Source: Octopus bimaculoides (taxonomy: Eukaryota). Taken from it: a DNA stretch of 39,012 nucleotides. The stretch covers positions 42,507,523 through 42,546,534 of the forward strand of contig NC_068987.1 of the NCBI RefSeq assembly GCF_001194135.2, in the 5' to 3' direction. The position numbers and the translations under genes are program-made. This document shows positions 36,448-39,012 of this stretch, in pieces (position 1 is the stretch's first letter; each line of letters opens with the position of its first letter). The notes under the pieces were generated by a model. That model saw only the letters and a list, made by a program, of their open reading frames with translations. It was not told the origin of the DNA and made no database searches.

Positions 36448-36856
36448 TTCCAGAAACAATGTATCCGTGGATGGAATGCCGCGTCACGTGCTGGACCTGC
36501 ACAGGATAGCCACTTTGTCAGATGAAGAGCGCAATGGAAACAAGGCACCTGGCTTGAGAAGATCTCGACATGTAAGGCGCCCGCCTGGTTGGATGGCGGA
36601 CGTGATCTTTAAGATCAGGGTGGCGTGTGGTATGACGTCAGCGACTGGGGAGCTGACCGGAAGGGCGAGTCGACCAGAAGAGGAAGAAGGGCAGAGGGAG
36701 CCTTGATCGGGATTTCGTGCCCTTTTCGAATGGGGTTGTTGTGAGGAGAGGATGTGCCAAGCGACGGTCTAGGTTTGGGAGAAGCAGCTGCTATTTCTAG
36801 TGTTCTTTGAGTTTGTCCTGCGGTATCCGATCCTCGCAGCTGGCCCGACCCGAAGA
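36448..36856 (+). mobile_element. Gypsy integrase C-terminal tail plus LTR start (TG at 36626)
   Basis: SRNNVSVDGMPRHVLDLHRIA..RRSRHVRRPPGWM is near-identical to the reverse complement of 36945-37149, followed by tgtggtatgacgtcagcg and running into a gap. Confidence 0.85.
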
Positions 36857-36944
36857 NNNNNNNNNNNNNNNNNNNNNNNNNNNNNNNNNNNNNNNNNNNN
36901 NNNNNNNNNNNNNNNNNNNNNNNNNNNNNNNNNNNNNNNNNNNN

Positions 36945-39012
36945 CACACGCCACCCTGATCTCAAACATCACGTCCGCCCCTACTCCACTTCGAAGTCCA
37001 CCATCCAACTGGGCGGGTGCCTTACATGTCGAGATCTTCTCAAGCCAGGTGCCTTGTTTCCATTGCGCTCTTCATCCGACGAAGTGGCTATCCTGTGCAG
37101 GTCCAGCACGTGACGCAGCATTCCATCTACGGATACATTGTTTCTGGAATTGACTGCTGTCACTGTTCCCCTGCCCCATTGTGATGTGCAGCATGCCTTC
37201 GGCGGCTTGACCCAAACTTCCTCCCCTACTTTCACGCCGGCAGGTCCCTTCTCTTCCTCGCAGTACTCCGGCGTCTTACTGGGATGCTTCCATTCATACT
37301 TGAACACTGCTCTGTGCGGCACAGACTCTTCCGCTTGTCCGGGTCGGGGAGACATGTTATACCAGTAGACTGTTCTCGGGGGTGAAACGTGACCCCTTTC
37401 AGCCATGGCGTTGATCGTCCGATGGTGCCTCTCAACGATTCTGTTGCCGCTCGGCCTATACGCCGCTCTGAACAATCGTTGCACCTTCCACCGGTTGAGC
37501 ATCTCCCCCAATGCTTCCGAACGAAACACTGCCCCATTGTCCATTAGCAGTTCTTCCATGGGACCCCTCTCCCAGAACATCCCGTTCAAAATGCGGGCAA
37601 TCTCATCAGTAATGCCTGTCCTCAGCTCCCTCCAAATGGCCAGTCGACCATGCTGAGATACATTCCCTGACGGTAGTGCGTCACATCCACAGCTACTCTC
37701 CTCTGGTTGTGCTCTACCGAGAGGTTCACTTGCTCATGCTCACTCGGGGTGGGGTCAATGGACTGGCACCTGTCACAGTTCCCGGCCACTTTCTTGACGC
37801 TTCCCCTAGTGATGTCAGCATCGATCATCTTTGCGAGATACGGGGTCCTGTCCACCACCAAGTGGTGCATAGCATGTAGCTTCTTCTGTTTGGAGTTATC
37901 CAGCCGACATGCCGCAGCTATCCCTTTCCTTGCTTCCTCTGGCTCCTCCAGCTACGCCCTTTTCACCCTGGTCAGTGCGTCTGCCCTGTTTCTCTCCGAA
38001 GGCACGAAAACCACGTTCAGCTTCAGTCCAAACTTGGCGACCAGCTCTCCTAGAACTCTTAGACAGCGTTTCATCAACAACTCCGTGACCCCTTTCGTCT
38101 TGACTCTCCTCTCACTGGTAATCACCGATCCTACCCAGCCGACCACGGTGGCTGAATCTGCCTGGATCTTGATCAAGTGAAGCCCCCCATCTCAGGGCTA
38201 AGTTCACCCCTTTCAGCACCGCATGTAGTTCAGCGACATTGATGTGGTTGAAGTCGTCTGTTTTCCGTAGCCAGGCTGCATCCTCCACCTCAGCACCTTC
38301 GATCTCCAACACAACCACTATCGCTATACTGCTAGCATCACACCAAACCGTCCCGCATTCTGTATTGGGCACATACCAGTNNNNNNNNNNNNNNNNNNNN
38401 NNNNNNNNNNNNNNNNNNNNNNNNNNNNNNNNNNNNNNNNNNNNNNNNNNNNNNNNNNNNNNNNNNNNNNNNNNNCCCCAACTCTCCCTCTCTGCTCGTC
38501 TATTGGTGTAACTGCACGCTGTGCACAGCCATCCAGCGATCGGGTAGTGTCCAACCAACTTCCCACAAGCCGAGAACAACTCTCCTGCTGACGCTGGAAC
38601 TCAGCTCTGGGATCTCGTTTCCTCTCCGGAACACCAGCTCACCCGATCTGCCTTTTTGTAGTTTCAGCTCCCCCCACCATCGAATCTGGCGGCTTCCCAA
38701 TCAGCCGAAACCTCTCCAGGTGTCTCACTACCTCGGTGGCTGGCACTACAGTCTTGTCAACCAAAATGTCGTCAATGTAGGAACTGGTGGCCTTCCTTAT
38801 CCTCTCCTCTTTCCCTAGGATGGACCTGAGCACCATTGCCATGATTTTCGGAGTGGAATTCAGCTGCAAATATGCCGACTTCAAGTCGACGATCGTTGCT
38901 GCCTTGGTCGACTGTCTTCACACACGTAACGTCTCACCGCAAACGTCCATTGCCTCGCCTCCCCTGTGGCATGATATATGTTCGTTCAGCTCCCTAAAGT
39001 CCAGCACCGGTC
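36945..39012 (-). mobile_element. Ty3/Gypsy LTR retrotransposon pol (RT - RNase H - integrase), disrupted; continues beyond the window
   Basis: RT: DFRELN, VDLKSAYLQ, YIDD (38768-38779). RNase H: VWCDASS, HINVAEL, ADSATV. Integrase: HH..CDRC zinc finger, VAVDVTH, LMDNG, GNRIVERHHRT. The RT-RH-IN order is Gypsy-type. Deletions, frameshifts and a gap are present. Confidence 0.95.

Overview
AT-rich animal genomic DNA with several N gaps (8462-8691, 10345-10536, 20582-20591, 25200-25791, 31029-31047, 36857-36944, 38381-38475) and many (TA)n/(TGTA)n tracts. The repeat content (tRNA-derived SINEs, RTE LINEs with (TGA)n tails, Penelope-like elements) looks like an octopus/coleoid genome; this is an inference, not verified. 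There is one clear host gene: a complete, apparently intact, single-coding-exon GRAF/oligophrenin-family RhoGAP (BAR-PH-RhoGAP-SH3, 875 aa, 5591-8218 +). Almost everything else is decayed mobile DNA: an internally deleted mariner, a maT/DD37D-like Tc1/mariner element, a MULE-like element with a 9-bp TSD, two Penelope-like GIY-YIG remnants (one with inverted termini carrying degenerate hammerhead cores), RTE and R4-like LINE pieces, many SINEs, a Gypsy gag-pro fragment with an in-frame -1 slippery site, and a Gypsy pol region lying tail-to-tail with an inverted copy of its own 3' end. The best leads are the intronless RhoGAP (probable old retrogene) and the two hairpins with a telomere-like octamer that flank it. 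No prokaryote-type system (CRISPR, operon) is present.
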